Positions 1 to 9,997 of a stretch of DNA of 15,510 bases are shown in pieces. A program made the position numbers and the translations under genes. The notes beneath the pieces were generated by a model. The model made no database searches. It was not told where the DNA came from and saw nothing but the letters and a program-made list of their open reading frames with translations. Within the stretch, counting starts at the first letter, position 1, and each line of letters opens with the position of its first letter. This stretch comes from a virus (taxonomy: Duplodnaviria; Heunggongvirae; Uroviricota; Caudoviricetes), in IMG/VR virus record IMGVR_UViG_2585427727_000013. One strand, 5' to 3'.

Positions 1-1089
1 AATGAGAAAATCAGCCAGCAGCGCCGGGATTTGTGGAAGGCGGAGAGTCAGTTCGCGGTACTGGAGGAGGCGGCGCAACGTCGCCAGCTGTCTGCACAGG
101 AGAAATCCCTGCTGGCGCATAAAGATGAGACGCTGGAGTACAAACGCCAGCTGGCTGCACTTGGCGACAAGGTTACGTATCAGGAGCGCCTGAACGCGCT
201 GGCGCAGCAGGCGGATAAATTCGCACAGCAGCAACGGGCAAAACGGGCCGCTATTGATGCGAAAAGCCGGGGGCTGACTGACCGGCAGGCAGAACGGGAA
301 GCCACGGAACAGCGCCTGAAGGAACAGTATGGCGATAATCCTCTGGCGCTGAATAACGTCATGTCAGAGCAGAAAAAGACCTGGGCGGCTGAAGACCTGC
401 TTCGCGGGAACTGGATGGCAGGCCTCAGGTCCGGCTGGAGCGAGTGGAAAGAGAGTGCCACGGACAGTATGTCGCAGGTTAAAAGTGCTGCCACGCAGAC
501 CTTTGATGGTATTGCACAGAATATGGCGGCGATGCTGACCGGCAGTGAACAGAACTGGCGCAGCTTCACCCGTTCCGTGCTGTCCATGATGACAGAAATG
601 CTGCTTAAGCAGGCAATGGTGGGGATTGTCGGGAGTATCGGCAGCGCCATTGGCGGGGCTGTTGGTGGCGGCGCATCCGCGTCAGGCGGTACAGCCATTC
701 AGGCCGCTGCGGCGAAATTCCATTTTGCAACCGGAGGATTTACGGGAACCGGCGGCAAATATGAGCCAGCGGGGATTGTTCACCGTGGTGAATTTGTCTT
801 CACGAAGGAGGCAACCAGCCGGATTGGCGTGGGGAATCTTTACCGGCTGATGCGCGGCTATGCCACCGGCGGTTATGTCGGTACACCGGGCAGCATGGCG
901 GACAGTCGGTCGCAGGCGTCCGGGACGTTTGAGCAGAATAACCATGTGGTGATTAACAACGACGGCACGAACGGGCAGATAGGTCCGCATGCTCTGAAGG
1001 CGGTGTATGACATGGCCCGCAAGGGTGCCCGTGATGTAATTCAGACACAGATGCGTGATGGTGGCCTGTTCTCCGGAGGTGGACGATGA
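1..1089 (+). CDS. H: Tail tape measure protein, C-terminal part (lambda gpH-like); 5' end truncated by the window
   Basis: Frame 1 is open from position 1 (the track's 31..1089 ORF merely starts at an in-frame TTG). Gly-rich C-terminus (GGAVGGGASASGG...GGLFSGGGR) and position immediately upstream of M/L fit lambda H. Stop TGA overlaps the M start (ATGA). Confidence 0.85.
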   Translation, partial: NEKISQQRRDLWKAESQFAVLEEAAQRRQLSAQEKSLLAHKDETLEYKRQLAALGDKVTYQERLNALAQQADKFAQQQRAKRAAIDAKSRGLTDRQAEREATEQRLKEQYGDNPLALNNVMSEQKKTWAAEDLLRGNWMAGLRSGWSEWKESATDSMSQVKSAATQTFDGIAQNMAAMLTGSEQNWRSFTRSVLSMMTEMLLKQAMVGIVGSIGSAIGGAVGGGASASGGTAIQAAAAKFHFATGGFTGTGGKYEPAGIVHRGEFVFTKEATSRIGVGNLYRLMRGYATGGYVGTPGSMADSRSQASGTFEQNNHVVINNDGTNGQIGPHALKAVYDMARKGARDVIQTQMRDGGLFSGGGR

Positions 1090-1415
1090 AGACCTTCCGC
1101 TGGAAAGTGAAACCCGGTATGGATGTGGCTTCGGTCCCTTCTGTAAGAAAGGTGCGCTTTGGTGATGGCTATTCTCAGCGAGCGCCTGCCGGGCTGAATG
1201 CCAACCTGAAAACGTACAGCGTGACGCTTTCTGTCCCCCGTGAGGAGGCCACGGTACTGGAGTCGTTTCTGGCTGAGCACGGGGGCTGGAAATCCTTTCT
1301 GTGGACGCCGCCTTATGAGTGGCGGCAGATAAAGGTGACCTGCGCAAAATGGTCGTCGCGGGTCAGTATGCTGCGTGTTGAGTTCAGCGCAGAGTTTGAA
1401 CAGGTGGTGAACTGA
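1086..1415 (+). CDS. M: Minor tail protein M (lambda gpM-like, 109 aa)
   Basis: 109-aa ORF whose sequence (MKTFRWKVKPGMDVASVPSVRKVRFGDGYSQRAP...) matches lambda gpM as recalled from memory. Translationally coupled to H (ATGA overlap) and to L. Confidence 0.93.
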   Translation: MKTFRWKVKPGMDVASVPSVRKVRFGDGYSQRAPAGLNANLKTYSVTLSVPREEATVLESFLAEHGGWKSFLWTPPYEWRQIKVTCAKWSSRVSMLRVEFSAEFEQVVN

Positions 1416-2113
1416 TGCAGGATATCCGGCAGGAAACACTGAATGAATGCACCCGTGCGGAGCAGTCGGCCAGCGTGGTGCTCTGGGAAATCGATCTGAC
1501 AGAGGTCGGTGGAGAACGTTATTTTTTCTGTAATGAGCAGAACGAAAAAGGTGAGCCGGTCACCTGGCAGGGGCGACAGTATCAGCCGTATCCCATTCAG
1601 GGGAGTGGTTTTGAACTGAATGGCAAAGGCACCAGTACGCGCCCCACGCTGACGGTTTCTAACCTGTACGGTATGGTCACCGGGATGGCGGAAGATCTGC
1701 AGAGTCTGGTCGGCGGAACGGTGGTCCGGCGTAAGGTTTACGCCCGTTTTCTGGATGCGGTGAACTTCGTCAACGGAAACAGAGACGCCGATCCGGAGCA
1801 GGAGGTGATCAGCCGCTGGCGCATTGAGCAGTGCAGCGAACTGAGCGCGGTGAGTGCCTCCTTTGTACTGTCCACGCCGACGGAAACGGATGGCGCTGTT
1901 TTTCCGGGACGTATCATGCTGGCCAACACCTGCACCTGGACCTATCGCGGCGATGAGTGCGGTTATAGCGGTCCGGCTGTCGCGGATGAATATGACCAGC
2001 CAACGTCCGATATCACGAAGGATAAATGCAGCAAATGCCTGAGCGGTTGTAAGTTCCGCAATAACGTCGGCAACTTTGGCGGCTTCCTTTCCATTAACAA
2101 ACTTTCGCAGTAA
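1415..2113 (+). CDS. L: Minor tail protein L (lambda gpL-like, 232 aa)
   Basis: 232 aa, same length as lambda gpL. Conserved Cys cluster near the C-terminus (CTWTYRGDECGYSGP...CSKCLSGC) typical of the gpL Fe-S site. Start overlaps the M stop. Confidence 0.93.
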   Translation: MQDIRQETLNECTRAEQSASVVLWEIDLTEVGGERYFFCNEQNEKGEPVTWQGRQYQPYPIQGSGFELNGKGTSTRPTLTVSNLYGMVTGMAEDLQSLVGGTVVRRKVYARFLDAVNFVNGNRDADPEQEVISRWRIEQCSELSAVSASFVLSTPTETDGAVFPGRIMLANTCTWTYRGDECGYSGPAVADEYDQPTSDITKDKCSKCLSGCKFRNNVGNFGGFLSINKLSQ

Positions 2114-2118
2114 ATCCC

Positions 2119-2862
2119 ATGACACAGACAGAATCAGCGATTCTGGCGCACGCCCGGCGATGTGCGCCAGCGGAGTCGTGCGGCTTCGTGGTAAGCACGC
2201 CGGAGGGGGAAAGATATTTCCCCTGCGTGAATATCTCCGGTGAGCCGGAGGATTATTTCCGGATGGCTCCGGAGGACTGGCTGCAGGCAGAAATGCAGGG
2301 TGAGATTGTGGCGCTGGTCCACAGCCACCCCGGTGGTCTGCCCTGGCTGAGTGAGGCTGACCGGCGGCTGCAGGTGCAGAGTGATTTGCCGTGGTGGCTG
2401 GTCTGCCGGGGTGAGATTCATAAGTTCCGCTGTGTGCCGCATCTCACCGGGCGGCGCTTTGAGCACGGGGTGACGGACTGTTACACGCTGTTCCGGGATG
2501 CTTATCATCTGGCGGGGATTGAGATGCCGGATTTTCATCGCGAGGATGACTGGTGGCGTCACGGTCAGAATCTCTATCTGGATAATCTGGAGGCCACAGG
2601 GCTGTATCAGGTGCCGTTGTCAGCGGCGCAGCCGGGCGATGTGCTGCTGTGCTGTTTTGGTTCATCTGTGCCGAATCATGCCGCCATTTACTGTGGTGAC
2701 GGCGAGCTGCTGCACCATATTCCTGAACAACTGAGCAAACGAGAGAGGTATACCGACAAATGGCAGCGACGCACACACTCCCTCTGGCGTCACCGGGCAT
2801 GGCACGCATCTGCCTTTACGGGGATTTACAACGATTTGGCCGCCGCATCGACCTTCGTGTGA
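2119..2862 (+). CDS. K: Tail tip assembly protein K (MPN/JAMM-like N-terminal part plus NlpC/P60-like C-terminal part)
   Basis: 247-aa ORF starting 5 nt after L. Contains a JAMM-type HSHPGG motif and an NlpC/P60-like Cys/His region (GVTDCYTLF...NHAAIYCGDGELLHH). The historical lambda K annotation of 199 aa would correspond to the internal ATG at 2263. The 3' end overlaps I by 103 nt in another frame, as in lambda. Confidence 0.88.
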   Translation: MTQTESAILAHARRCAPAESCGFVVSTPEGERYFPCVNISGEPEDYFRMAPEDWLQAEMQGEIVALVHSHPGGLPWLSEADRRLQVQSDLPWWLVCRGEIHKFRCVPHLTGRRFEHGVTDCYTLFRDAYHLAGIEMPDFHREDDWWRHGQNLYLDNLEATGLYQVPLSAAQPGDVLLCCFGSSVPNHAAIYCGDGELLHHIPEQLSKRERYTDKWQRRTHSLWRHRAWHASAFTGIYNDLAAASTFV

Positions 2863-3431
2863 AAACGGGGGCTGAAGCCATCCGGGCGCTGGCCACACAG
2901 CTCCCTTCGTTTCGTCAGAAACTGAGCGACGGCTGGTATCAGGTACGTATTGCCGGGCAAGATGTCAGCACGTCCGGATTAACGGCGCAGTTACATGAGG
3001 CTCTGCCTGACGGCGCTGTGATTCATATCGTTCCCAGAGTCGCCGGGGCCAAGTCAGGTGGCGTATTCCAGATTGTCCTGGGGGCAGCCGCCATTGCCGG
3101 ATCATTCTTTACTGCCGGAGCCACCCTTGCAGCATGGGGGGCAGCCATTGGGGCCGGTGGTATGACCGGCATTCTGTTTTCTCTCGGTGCCAGTATGGTG
3201 CTCGGCGGTGTGGCGCAGATGCTGGCACCGAAAGCCAGAACTCCCCGCACACAGACAACGGATAACGGTAAGCAGAACACCTATTTCTCCTCACTGGATA
3301 ACATGGTTGCCCAGGGCAATGTTTTGCCTGTTCTGTACGGTGAAATGCGTGTGGGGTCGCGGGTGGTTTCTCAGGAGATCAGCACGGCAGACGAAGGGGA
3401 CGGTGGTCAGGTTGTGGTGATTGGTCGCTGA
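2760..3431 (+). CDS. I: Tail tip assembly protein I (lambda gpI-like, 223 aa)
   Basis: 223 aa with N-terminus MAATHTLPLASPGMARICLYGDLQRF and Gly/Ala-rich hydrophobic middle, matching lambda gpI from memory. Overlaps the 3' end of K. Confidence 0.9.
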   Translation: MAATHTLPLASPGMARICLYGDLQRFGRRIDLRVKTGAEAIRALATQLPSFRQKLSDGWYQVRIAGQDVSTSGLTAQLHEALPDGAVIHIVPRVAGAKSGGVFQIVLGAAAIAGSFFTAGATLAAWGAAIGAGGMTGILFSLGASMVLGGVAQMLAPKARTPRTQTTDNGKQNTYFSSLDNMVAQGNVLPVLYGEMRVGSRVVSQEISTADEGDGGQVVVIGR

Positions 3432-3450
3432 TGCAAAATGTTTTATGTGA

Positions 3451-3473
3451 AACCGCCTGCGGGCGGTTTTGTC
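3451..3473 (+). terminator. GC-rich hairpin plus T-run between I and J; possible attenuator or weak intrinsic terminator
   Basis: aaccgcc-tgcg-ggcggtt followed by tttt, seen directly in the I-J gap. Confidence 0.4.
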
Positions 3474-3491
3474 ATTTATGGAGCGTGAGGA

Positions 3492-6400
3492 ATGGGTAAA
3501 GGAAGCAGTAAGGGGCATACCCCGCGCGAAGCGAAGGACAACCTGAAGTCCACGCAGTTGCTGAGTGTGATCGATGCCATCAGCGAAGGGCCGGTTGAAG
3601 GTCCGGTGGATGGATTAAAAAGCGTGCTGCTGAACAGTACGCCGGTGCTGGACACTGAGGGGAATACCAACATCTCCGGTGTCACGGTGGTGTTCCGTGC
3701 CGGTGAGCAGGAGCAGACACCGCCGGAGGGGTTTGAATCCTCCGGCTCCGAGACGGTGCTGGGTACGGAAGTGAAATATGACACGCCGATCACCCGCACC
3801 ATTACGTCTGCAAACATCGACCGTCTGCGCTTTACCTTCGGTGTACAGGCACTGGTGGAAACCACCTCAAAGGGTGACAGGAATCCGTCGGAAGTCCGTC
3901 TGCTGGTTCAGATACAACGTAACGGTGGCTGGGTGACGGAAAAAGACATCACCATTAAGGGCAAAACCACCTCGCAGTATCTGGCCTCGGTGGTGGTGGG
4001 TAGCCTGCCGCCGCGCCCGTTTAATATCCGGATGCGCAGGATGACGCCGGACAGCACCACAGACCAGCTGCAGAACAAAACGCTCTGGTCGTCATACACC
4101 GAAATCATCGATGTGAAACAGGGCTACCCGAACACGGCACTGGTCGGCGTGCAGGTGGATTCGGAGCAGTTCGGCAGCCAGCAGGTGAGCCGTAATTATC
4201 ATCTGCGCGGGCGCATTCTGCAGGTGCCGTCGAACTATAACCCGCAGACGCGGCAATACAGCGGTATCTGGGACGGAACGTTTAAACCGGCATACAGCAA
4301 CAACATGGCCTGGTGTCTGTGGGATATGCTGACCCATCCGCGCTACGGCATGGGGAAACGTCTTGGTGCGGCGGATGTGGACAAATGGGCGCTGTATGTC
4401 ATCGGCCAGTATTGCGATCAGTCAGTGCCGGATGGCTTTGGTGGCACGGAGCCGCGCATCACCTGTAATGCCTGGCTGACCACACAGCGTAAGGCGTGGG
4501 ATGTTCTCAGTGATTTCTGCTCGGCGATGCGCTGTATGCCGGTATGGAACGGGCAGACGCTGACGTTCGTGCAGGACCGGCCGTCGGATAAGGTGTGGAC
4601 CTATAACCGCAGTAATGTGGTGATGCCGGATGATGGCGCGCCGTTCCGCTACAGTTTCAGCGCCCTGAAGGACCGCCATAATGCCGTTGAGGTGAACTGG
4701 ACTGACCCGGATAACGGCTGGGAAACGGCAACAGAGCTTGTGGAGGACACGCAGGCCATTGCCCGTTATGGTCGTAATGTCACGAAGATGGATGCCTTTG
4801 GCTGTACCAGCCGGGGGCAGGCACACCGCGCCGGGCTGTGGCTGATTAAAACGGAGCTGCTGGAAACGCAGACCGTGGACTTCAGCGTGGGCGCAGAAGG
4901 GCTTCGCCATGTACCGGGCGATGTTATTGAAATCTGTGATGATGACTATGCCGGTATCAGCACCGGTGGTCGTGTGCTGGCGGTGAGCAGCCAGACCCGG
5001 ACGCTGACGCTCGACCGTGAAATCACGCTGCCATCCTCTGGCACCACGCTGATAAGCCTGGTTGACGGAAGTGGCAATCCGGTCAGCGTGCAGGTCCAGT
5101 CCGTCACCGACGGCGTGAAGGTGAAAGTGAGCCGGGTTCCTGACGGCGTTGCAGAATACAGCGTGTGGGGGCTGAAGTTGCCGACGTTGCGCCAGCGCCT
5201 GTTCCGCTGTGTGAGTATCCGTGAGAACGACGACGGCACGTATGCCATCACCGCCGTGCAGCATGTACCGGAAAAAGAAGCCATCGTGGATAACGGGGCG
5301 CACTTTGACGGCGACCAGAGTGGCACGGTGAATGGTGTCACGCCGCCAGCGGTGCAGCACCTGGCCGCAGAAGTCACTGCAGACAGCGGGGAATATCAGG
5401 TGCTGGCGCGATGGGACACACCGAAGGTGGTGAAGGGCGTGAGCTTCCTGCTCCGTCTGACCGTAACAGCGGACGACGGCAGTGAGCTGCTGGTCAGCAC
5501 GGCCCGGACGACGGAAACCACATACCGCTTCAGGCAACTGGCGCTGGGGCGTTACACGCTGACGGTCCGGGCGGTAAATGCGTGGGGGCAGCAGGGCGAT
5601 CCGGCATCGGTATCGTTCCGGATTGCGGCACCGGCAGCGCCTGTCACTATTGAACTGATACCAGGGTATTTTCAGATAACAGCGGTCCCGAAACTGGCTG
5701 TATATGACCCGACGGTGCAGTTTGAGTTCTGGTTCTCGGAAAAGCGGATTATCGATATCAGGCAGGTTGAAACCAGCGCGCGTTATCTTGGTACGGCGCT
5801 GTACTGGATAGCCGCCAGTAGCAATATTAAGCCGGGTTATGATTATTACTTTTATATCCGCAGCGTGAACACCGTTGGTAAATCGGCATTTGTGGAGGCC
5901 GTTGGTCGGGCGAGCGATGATGCGGAAGGTTATCTGAATTTTTATAAAGGGTTGATCAATAAAACGCATCTCGGCAAGGAACTGCTGGAAAACTTTGAGC
6001 TGACGGAAGATAACGCCAGCAAACTGGAGGAGTTTTCGAAAGAGTGGAAGGACGCCAACGATAAATGGAATGCCATGTGGGGCGTCAAAATTGAGCAGAC
6101 CAAAGACGGCAAACATTATGTCGCGGGGCTTGGCCTCAGCATGGAGGATACGGAGGAAGGCAAACTGAGCCAGTTCCTGGTTGCCGCTAACCGTATCGCG
6201 TTTATTGACCCGGCAAACGGGAATGAAACGCCGATGTTTGTGGCGCAGGGCAACCAGATATTCATGAACGACGTGTTCCTGAAGCGCCTGACGGCCCCCA
6301 CCATTACCAGCGGCGGTAATCCTCCGGCATTTTCCCTGACACCGGACGGGCGGCTGACGGCGAAAAATGCCGATATCAGCGGTAACGTGAATGCGAACTC

Positions 6401-6887
6401 CGGGACGCTCAACAACGTCACGATTAACGAGAACTGCCGGGTTCTGGGAAAACTGTCCGCGAACCAGATTGAAGGCGATCTCGTTAAAACAGTGGGCAAA
6501 GCTTTCCCCCGTGACTCCCGGGCACCGGAGCGGTGGCCATCAGGGACCATTACCGTCAGGGTTTATGACGATCAGCCGTTTGACCGGCAAATTGTTATTC
6601 CGGCTGTGGCATTCAGTGGCGCTAAGCATGAGAGAGAGCATACTGATATTTACTCCTCATGCCGTCTGATAGTGCGGAAAAACGGTGCTGAAATTTATAA
6701 CCGTACCGCGCTGGATAATACGCTGATTTACAGTGGCGTTATTGATATGCCTGCCGGTCACGGTCACATGACACTGGAGTTTTCGGTGTCAGCATGGCTG
6801 GTAAATGGCTGGTATCCCACAGCAAGTATCAGCGATTTGCTGGTTGTTGTGATGAAGAAAGCCACTGCAGGCATCACGATTAGCTGA
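3492..6887 (+). CDS. J: Tail tip central fibre / host specificity protein J (lambda gpJ-like, 1131 aa)
   Basis: 1131-aa ORF (lambda J is 1132 aa) in the conserved position after I. Good SD (tgaggaatg). N-terminus [34 protein letters not shown] is lambda-J-like. Confidence 0.95.
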   Translation: MGKGSSKGHTPREAKDNLKSTQLLSVIDAISEGPVEGPVDGLKSVLLNSTPVLDTEGNTNISGVTVVFRAGEQEQTPPEGFESSGSETVLGTEVKYDTPITRTITSANIDRLRFTFGVQALVETTSKGDRNPSEVRLLVQIQRNGGWVTEKDITIKGKTTSQYLASVVVGSLPPRPFNIRMRRMTPDSTTDQLQNKTLWSSYTEIIDVKQGYPNTALVGVQVDSEQFGSQQVSRNYHLRGRILQVPSNYNPQTRQYSGIWDGTFKPAYSNNMAWCLWDMLTHPRYGMGKRLGAADVDKWALYVIGQYCDQSVPDGFGGTEPRITCNAWLTTQRKAWDVLSDFCSAMRCMPVWNGQTLTFVQDRPSDKVWTYNRSNVVMPDDGAPFRYSFSALKDRHNAVEVNWTDPDNGWETATELVEDTQAIARYGRNVTKMDAFGCTSRGQAHRAGLWLIKTELLETQTVDFSVGAEGLRHVPGDVIEICDDDYAGISTGGRVLAVSSQTRTLTLDREITLPSSGTTLISLVDGSGNPVSVQVQSVTDGVKVKVSRVPDGVAEYSVWGLKLPTLRQRLFRCVSIRENDDGTYAITAVQHVPEKEAIVDNGAHFDGDQSGTVNGVTPPAVQHLAAEVTADSGEYQVLARWDTPKVVKGVSFLLRLTVTADDGSELLVSTARTTETTYRFRQLALGRYTLTVRAVNAWGQQGDPASVSFRIAAPAAPVTIELIPGYFQITAVPKLAVYDPTVQFEFWFSEKRIIDIRQVETSARYLGTALYWIAASSNIKPGYDYYFYIRSVNTVGKSAFVEAVGRASDDAEGYLNFYKGLINKTHLGKELLENFELTEDNASKLEEFSKEWKDANDKWNAMWGVKIEQTKDGKHYVAGLGLSMEDTEEGKLSQFLVAANRIAFIDPANGNETPMFVAQGNQIFMNDVFLKRLTAPTITSGGNPPAFSLTPDGRLTAKNADISGNVNANSGTLNNVTINENCRVLGKLSANQIEGDLVKTVGKAFPRDSRAPERWPSGTITVRVYDDQPFDRQIVIPAVAFSGAKHEREHTDIYSSCRLIVRKNGAEIYNRTALDNTLIYSGVIDMPAGHGHMTLEFSVSAWLVNGWYPTASISDLLVVVMKKATAGITIS

Positions 6888-6905
6888 ATTTTATAACCCA
6901 GATAC

Positions 6906-6932
6906 GGGCACCAGAAATGGTGCCTTTTTTAT
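6906..6932 (+). terminator. Rho-independent terminator after J
   Basis: Perfect hairpin ggcacca-gaaa-tggtgcc followed by tttttt. Confidence 0.7.
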
Positions 6933-6954
6933 TGCAGAAAAGCGAGAGGTAATT

Positions 6955-7554
6955 ATGCGTAAATTATGTGCTGTTATTCTGTCCGCAGTAGTCTGGCTGG
7001 TTGCCGCTGGTACGCCAGCGAGCGCAGCAGAGCATCAGTCCACACTAAGCGCCGGGTATCTTCAGACTCATACTGATATGCCAGGCAGTGATGACCTGAA
7101 GGGCATTAACGTGAAATACCGTTATGAATTTACGGACACGCTGGGGCTGGTGACGTCATTCAGTTATGCCAATGCCAAAGATGAGCAAAAAACGCATTAC
7201 AGCGATACCCGCTGGCATGAAGATTCAGTGCGTAACCGCTGGTTCAGCATGATGGCGGGGCCATCTGTACGCGTGAATGAATGGTTCAGTGCTTATGCGA
7301 TGGCAGGTGTGGCTTACAGCCGTGTTTCGACGTTCTCCGGGGATTATCTCCGCGTAACTGACAACAAGGGGAAAACGCACGATGTGCTGACCGGAAGTGA
7401 TGACGATCGCCACAGCAACACGTCTCTGGCGTGGGGAGCTGGCGTGCAGTTTAACCCGACCGAATCCGTGGCCATTGATATTGCTTATGAAGGCTCCGGC
7501 AGTGGCGACTGGCGCACTGACGGTTTCATCGTGGGTGTCGGTTATAAGTTCTGA
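6955..7554 (+). CDS. lom: Lom-like outer-membrane beta-barrel protein (Ail/Lom/PagC family)
   Basis: 199 aa with signal peptide (MRKLCAVILSAVVWLVAAGTPASAAEH), alternating amphipathic beta-strand pattern and C-terminal GVGYKF. Lambda moron position between J and stf, bracketed by terminators. Confidence 0.9.
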   Translation: MRKLCAVILSAVVWLVAAGTPASAAEHQSTLSAGYLQTHTDMPGSDDLKGINVKYRYEFTDTLGLVTSFSYANAKDEQKTHYSDTRWHEDSVRNRWFSMMAGPSVRVNEWFSAYAMAGVAYSRVSTFSGDYLRVTDNKGKTHDVLTGSDDDRHSNTSLAWGAGVQFNPTESVAIDIAYEGSGSGDWRTDGFIVGVGYKF

Positions 7555-7580
7555 TTAGCCAGGTAACACAGTGTTATGAC

Positions 7581-7608
7581 AGCCCGCCGGTTCAGGCGGG
7601 CTTTTTTG
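7581..7608 (+). terminator. Rho-independent terminator after lom
   Basis: Hairpin gcccgcc-ggttca-ggcgggc followed by tttttt. Confidence 0.7.
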
Positions 7609-7618
7609 TGGAGTGGAT

Positions 7619-9997
7619 ATGGCAGCAGTAAAAATCTCAGGTGTGCTGAAAGATGGTGCGGGAAAACCAATACAGAACTGCACTATTCAACTGAAGGCAA
7701 AGCGTAACAGCACCACGGTACTGGTGAACACGGTGGCCTCTGAAAATCCGGATGAAGCCGGGCGTTACAGCATGGACGTTGAGTATGGTCAGTACAGCGT
7801 CATCCTGTGGATTGAGGGTTCTCAGCCATCACATGTTGGGACCATTACCGTCTATGAAGGTTCCAGTCCGGGGACGCTGAATGATTTTCTCGGTGCCATG
7901 ACGGAAGATGATGTCATGCCGGAGGCATTGCGCCGTTTTCAGGCAATGGTGGAAGAAGCGGCACGCAACGCCGAAGCCGCCTCTCAGAGCGCAGCGGCGG
8001 CAAAGAAATCCGAAACTGCAGCGGCATCATCGAAGAACGCGGCGAAAACCTCAGAAACGAATGCAGCTAATAGTGCACAGGCGGCAGCGACCTCAAAGAC
8101 TGCATCGGCAAACTCCGCGACAGCAGCCAAAAAATCAGAAACCAACGCGAAAAATAGCGAGACAGCCGCAAAGACGAGCGAAACCAACGCAAAGTCCAGC
8201 CAGACGGCAGCGAAAACCAGCGAAACGAATACCAAAGCCAGTGAAACTGCGGCGAAAAACAGCCAGGATGCAGCGGCCCAAAGCGAGAGTGCCGCAGCTG
8301 GTTCTGCAAGTGCGGCGGCTTCTTCTGCCACTGCATCAGCCAACAGTCAAAAAGCTGCAAAAACCAGCGAAACTAACGCAAAGTCCAGCCAGACGGCAGC
8401 GAAGACCAGCGAAACGAATGCCAAAGCCAGCGAAACTGCGGCGAAAAACAGTCAGGATGCAGCAGCCCAAAGCGAGAGTGCTGCAGCTGGTTCTGCAAGC
8501 GCGGCGGCTGCTTCTGCCACTGCATCAGCCAACAGTCAAAAAGCAGCAAAAACCAGTGAAACCAATGCAAAGACAAGCGAGACTGCAGCGGCGAACTCGG
8601 CGAAAGCATCGGCAGCAAGCCAGACAGCAGCTAAAGCAAGTGAAGACGCAGCCAGAGAGTATGCAAGTCAGGCAGCAGAGCCGTATAAATATGTCTTACA
8701 GCCACTGCCTGATGTGTGGATACCATTTAACGATTCACTGGATATGATTACGGGCTTTTCGCCATCTTATAAAAAGATTGTTATTGGTGACGACGAAATA
8801 ACGATGCCTGGTGACAAGGTGGTTAAGTTTAAACGCGCATCAAAAGCAACTTACATTAATAAATCTGGTGTGCTGACAGAGGCTACCATTGACGAGCCAC
8901 GATTTGAACGTGATGGCCTGCTTATTGAGGGGCAAAGAACGAACTTCTTCCCGAACAGTACAGACCCTTCGAAGTGGAATAAGTCAACTTCACTGGACGT
9001 TACAGAAACAGGCACAGATAGTTTCGGTTTTAATTATGGCCGGTTTGTCGTACAGGATTCGATTGTTGGTACAAGTAAAGCGCATACCATTATCGGACTG
9101 TATTCGAGTACCGGAGGGGTTGATACTTCAGGGGACGAAAAGTATGTAACTATATCCTGTCGGGTAAAAAGTGAAGTTGATAATATCGACGTTCGTATTT
9201 TATTTGAACATTATGATGGGGAGGTAAGGACATCAATAGGAACAGCAAGCCTGAACCTTACCACCCGCATAATTAGCAAGACAGGTCAGACAAGCCGTGT
9301 TACAGCAAGGTCTGTTAAGGATGATGCAACTGGCTGGATATTTTTTGAGGCTACATTAAAAGCAGATACAACAGAAAATACGGTTGGTGGTTTCGTCCAG
9401 TATTCTCCGGATACAGGTCAGATGGTGGCATCAGGGGATTGTCTCGATGTAACCACTCCCCAGATTGAGGCTGGTACAGGCGCATCATCTTTTATTGTTA
9501 CGGGGGCTGCACCGGTAACGCGGGCAAGCGATATAGTTACAGTCCCAATTAAGAATAATCTTTATAATCTACCTTTTACGGTTCTTTGTGAGGTACATAA
9601 GAACTGGTATAAAACGCCAAATGCAGCACCGCGTGTTTTTGATACCGGCGGTCATCAAACCGGAGCGGCTATTATTCTTGGCTTCGGTTCTTCAGCAGAT
9701 TACGACGGATTTCCTTATTGCGATATTGGTGGGGCTAACAGGCGGATAAACGAAAATGCATCGCTTGAAAAAATGGTTATGGGGATGCGTGTAAAGTCAG
9801 ATCAGTCTACATGCGCAGTAAGTAACGGGCGTATATCCAGCGAAACAAAAACCACATGGTCCTGTATTCAGAACTCCGCAATTATCCGTATTGGAGGCCA
9901 GACTACAGCCGGTTTACGCCATTTATTTGGTCATGTCAGGAATTTCAGAATATGGCACAAGGCATTGACTGATGCTCAGGTGGGGGAGTTAATCTAA
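7619..9997 (+). CDS. stf: Side tail fibre protein, mosaic: lambda-Stf-like N-terminus, Ala/Ser/Thr/Lys-rich repeat shaft, and a non-lambda AT-rich C-terminal module ending in a LamG/concanavalin-like motif
   Basis: The track ORF starts at GTG 7613, but the ATG at 7619 has an SD (ggag, 5-nt spacer) and gives MAAVKISGVLKDG..., matching the lambda Stf N-terminus. Shaft carries SETNAK-type short repeats and a 63-aa tandem duplication. C-terminus ...RIGGQTTAGLRHLFGHVRNFRIWHKALTDAQVGELI resembles the end of LamG-type domains. Confidence 0.85.
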   Translation: MAAVKISGVLKDGAGKPIQNCTIQLKAKRNSTTVLVNTVASENPDEAGRYSMDVEYGQYSVILWIEGSQPSHVGTITVYEGSSPGTLNDFLGAMTEDDVMPEALRRFQAMVEEAARNAEAASQSAAAAKKSETAAASSKNAAKTSETNAANSAQAAATSKTASANSATAAKKSETNAKNSETAAKTSETNAKSSQTAAKTSETNTKASETAAKNSQDAAAQSESAAAGSASAAASSATASANSQKAAKTSETNAKSSQTAAKTSETNAKASETAAKNSQDAAAQSESAAAGSASAAAASATASANSQKAAKTSETNAKTSETAAANSAKASAASQTAAKASEDAAREYASQAAEPYKYVLQPLPDVWIPFNDSLDMITGFSPSYKKIVIGDDEITMPGDKVVKFKRASKATYINKSGVLTEATIDEPRFERDGLLIEGQRTNFFPNSTDPSKWNKSTSLDVTETGTDSFGFNYGRFVVQDSIVGTSKAHTIIGLYSSTGGVDTSGDEKYVTISCRVKSEVDNIDVRILFEHYDGEVRTSIGTASLNLTTRIISKTGQTSRVTARSVKDDATGWIFFEATLKADTTENTVGGFVQYSPDTGQMVASGDCLDVTTPQIEAGTGASSFIVTGAAPVTRASDIVTVPIKNNLYNLPFTVLCEVHKNWYKTPNAAPRVFDTGGHQTGAAIILGFGSSADYDGFPYCDIGGANRRINENASLEKMVMGMRVKSDQSTCAVSNGRISSETKTTWSCIQNSAIIRIGGQTTAGLRHLFGHVRNFRIWHKALTDAQVGELI
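8189..8566 (+). repeat. In-frame tandem duplication inside stf: 2 x 189 bp (63 aa), near-identical
   Basis: Unit starting gcaaagtccagccagacggcagcg occurs at 8189 and again at 8378 with only a few substitutions. It explains the spurious Arg/Lys/Gln-rich ORFs in other frames. Confidence 0.9.

Noticed and set aside
2-193. 63-aa ORF at the window start
   Set aside because: Out of frame with the tape-measure gene, which is open from position 1, and Arg-rich; an overlapping-frame artefact.
2760-2862. K/I 103-nt overlap as evidence of a frameshift error or programmed frameshift
   Set aside because: Both frames give full-length recognisable proteins, and I has its own ATG; the overlap appears to be the normal lambda-like arrangement.
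4422-6116. Long 564-aa ORF on the minus strand
   Set aside because: Lies entirely antisense to the well-supported J gene. The translation is Arg/Pro/His-rich and low-complexity, typical of the reverse frame of a GC-rich gene. No SD or promoter context.
8189-8566. Possible CRISPR array suggested by near-identical repeats
   Set aside because: The repeats are 189 bp, directly tandem with no spacers, and in-frame inside a coding sequence. This is a coding tandem duplication, not a CRISPR array.
7908-8747. 279-aa Arg/Lys/Gln-rich ORF, plus minus-strand ORFs at 7984-8618
   Set aside because: Alternative-frame and antisense readings of the repetitive Ala/Ser/Thr-rich stf shaft; artefacts of the repeat.
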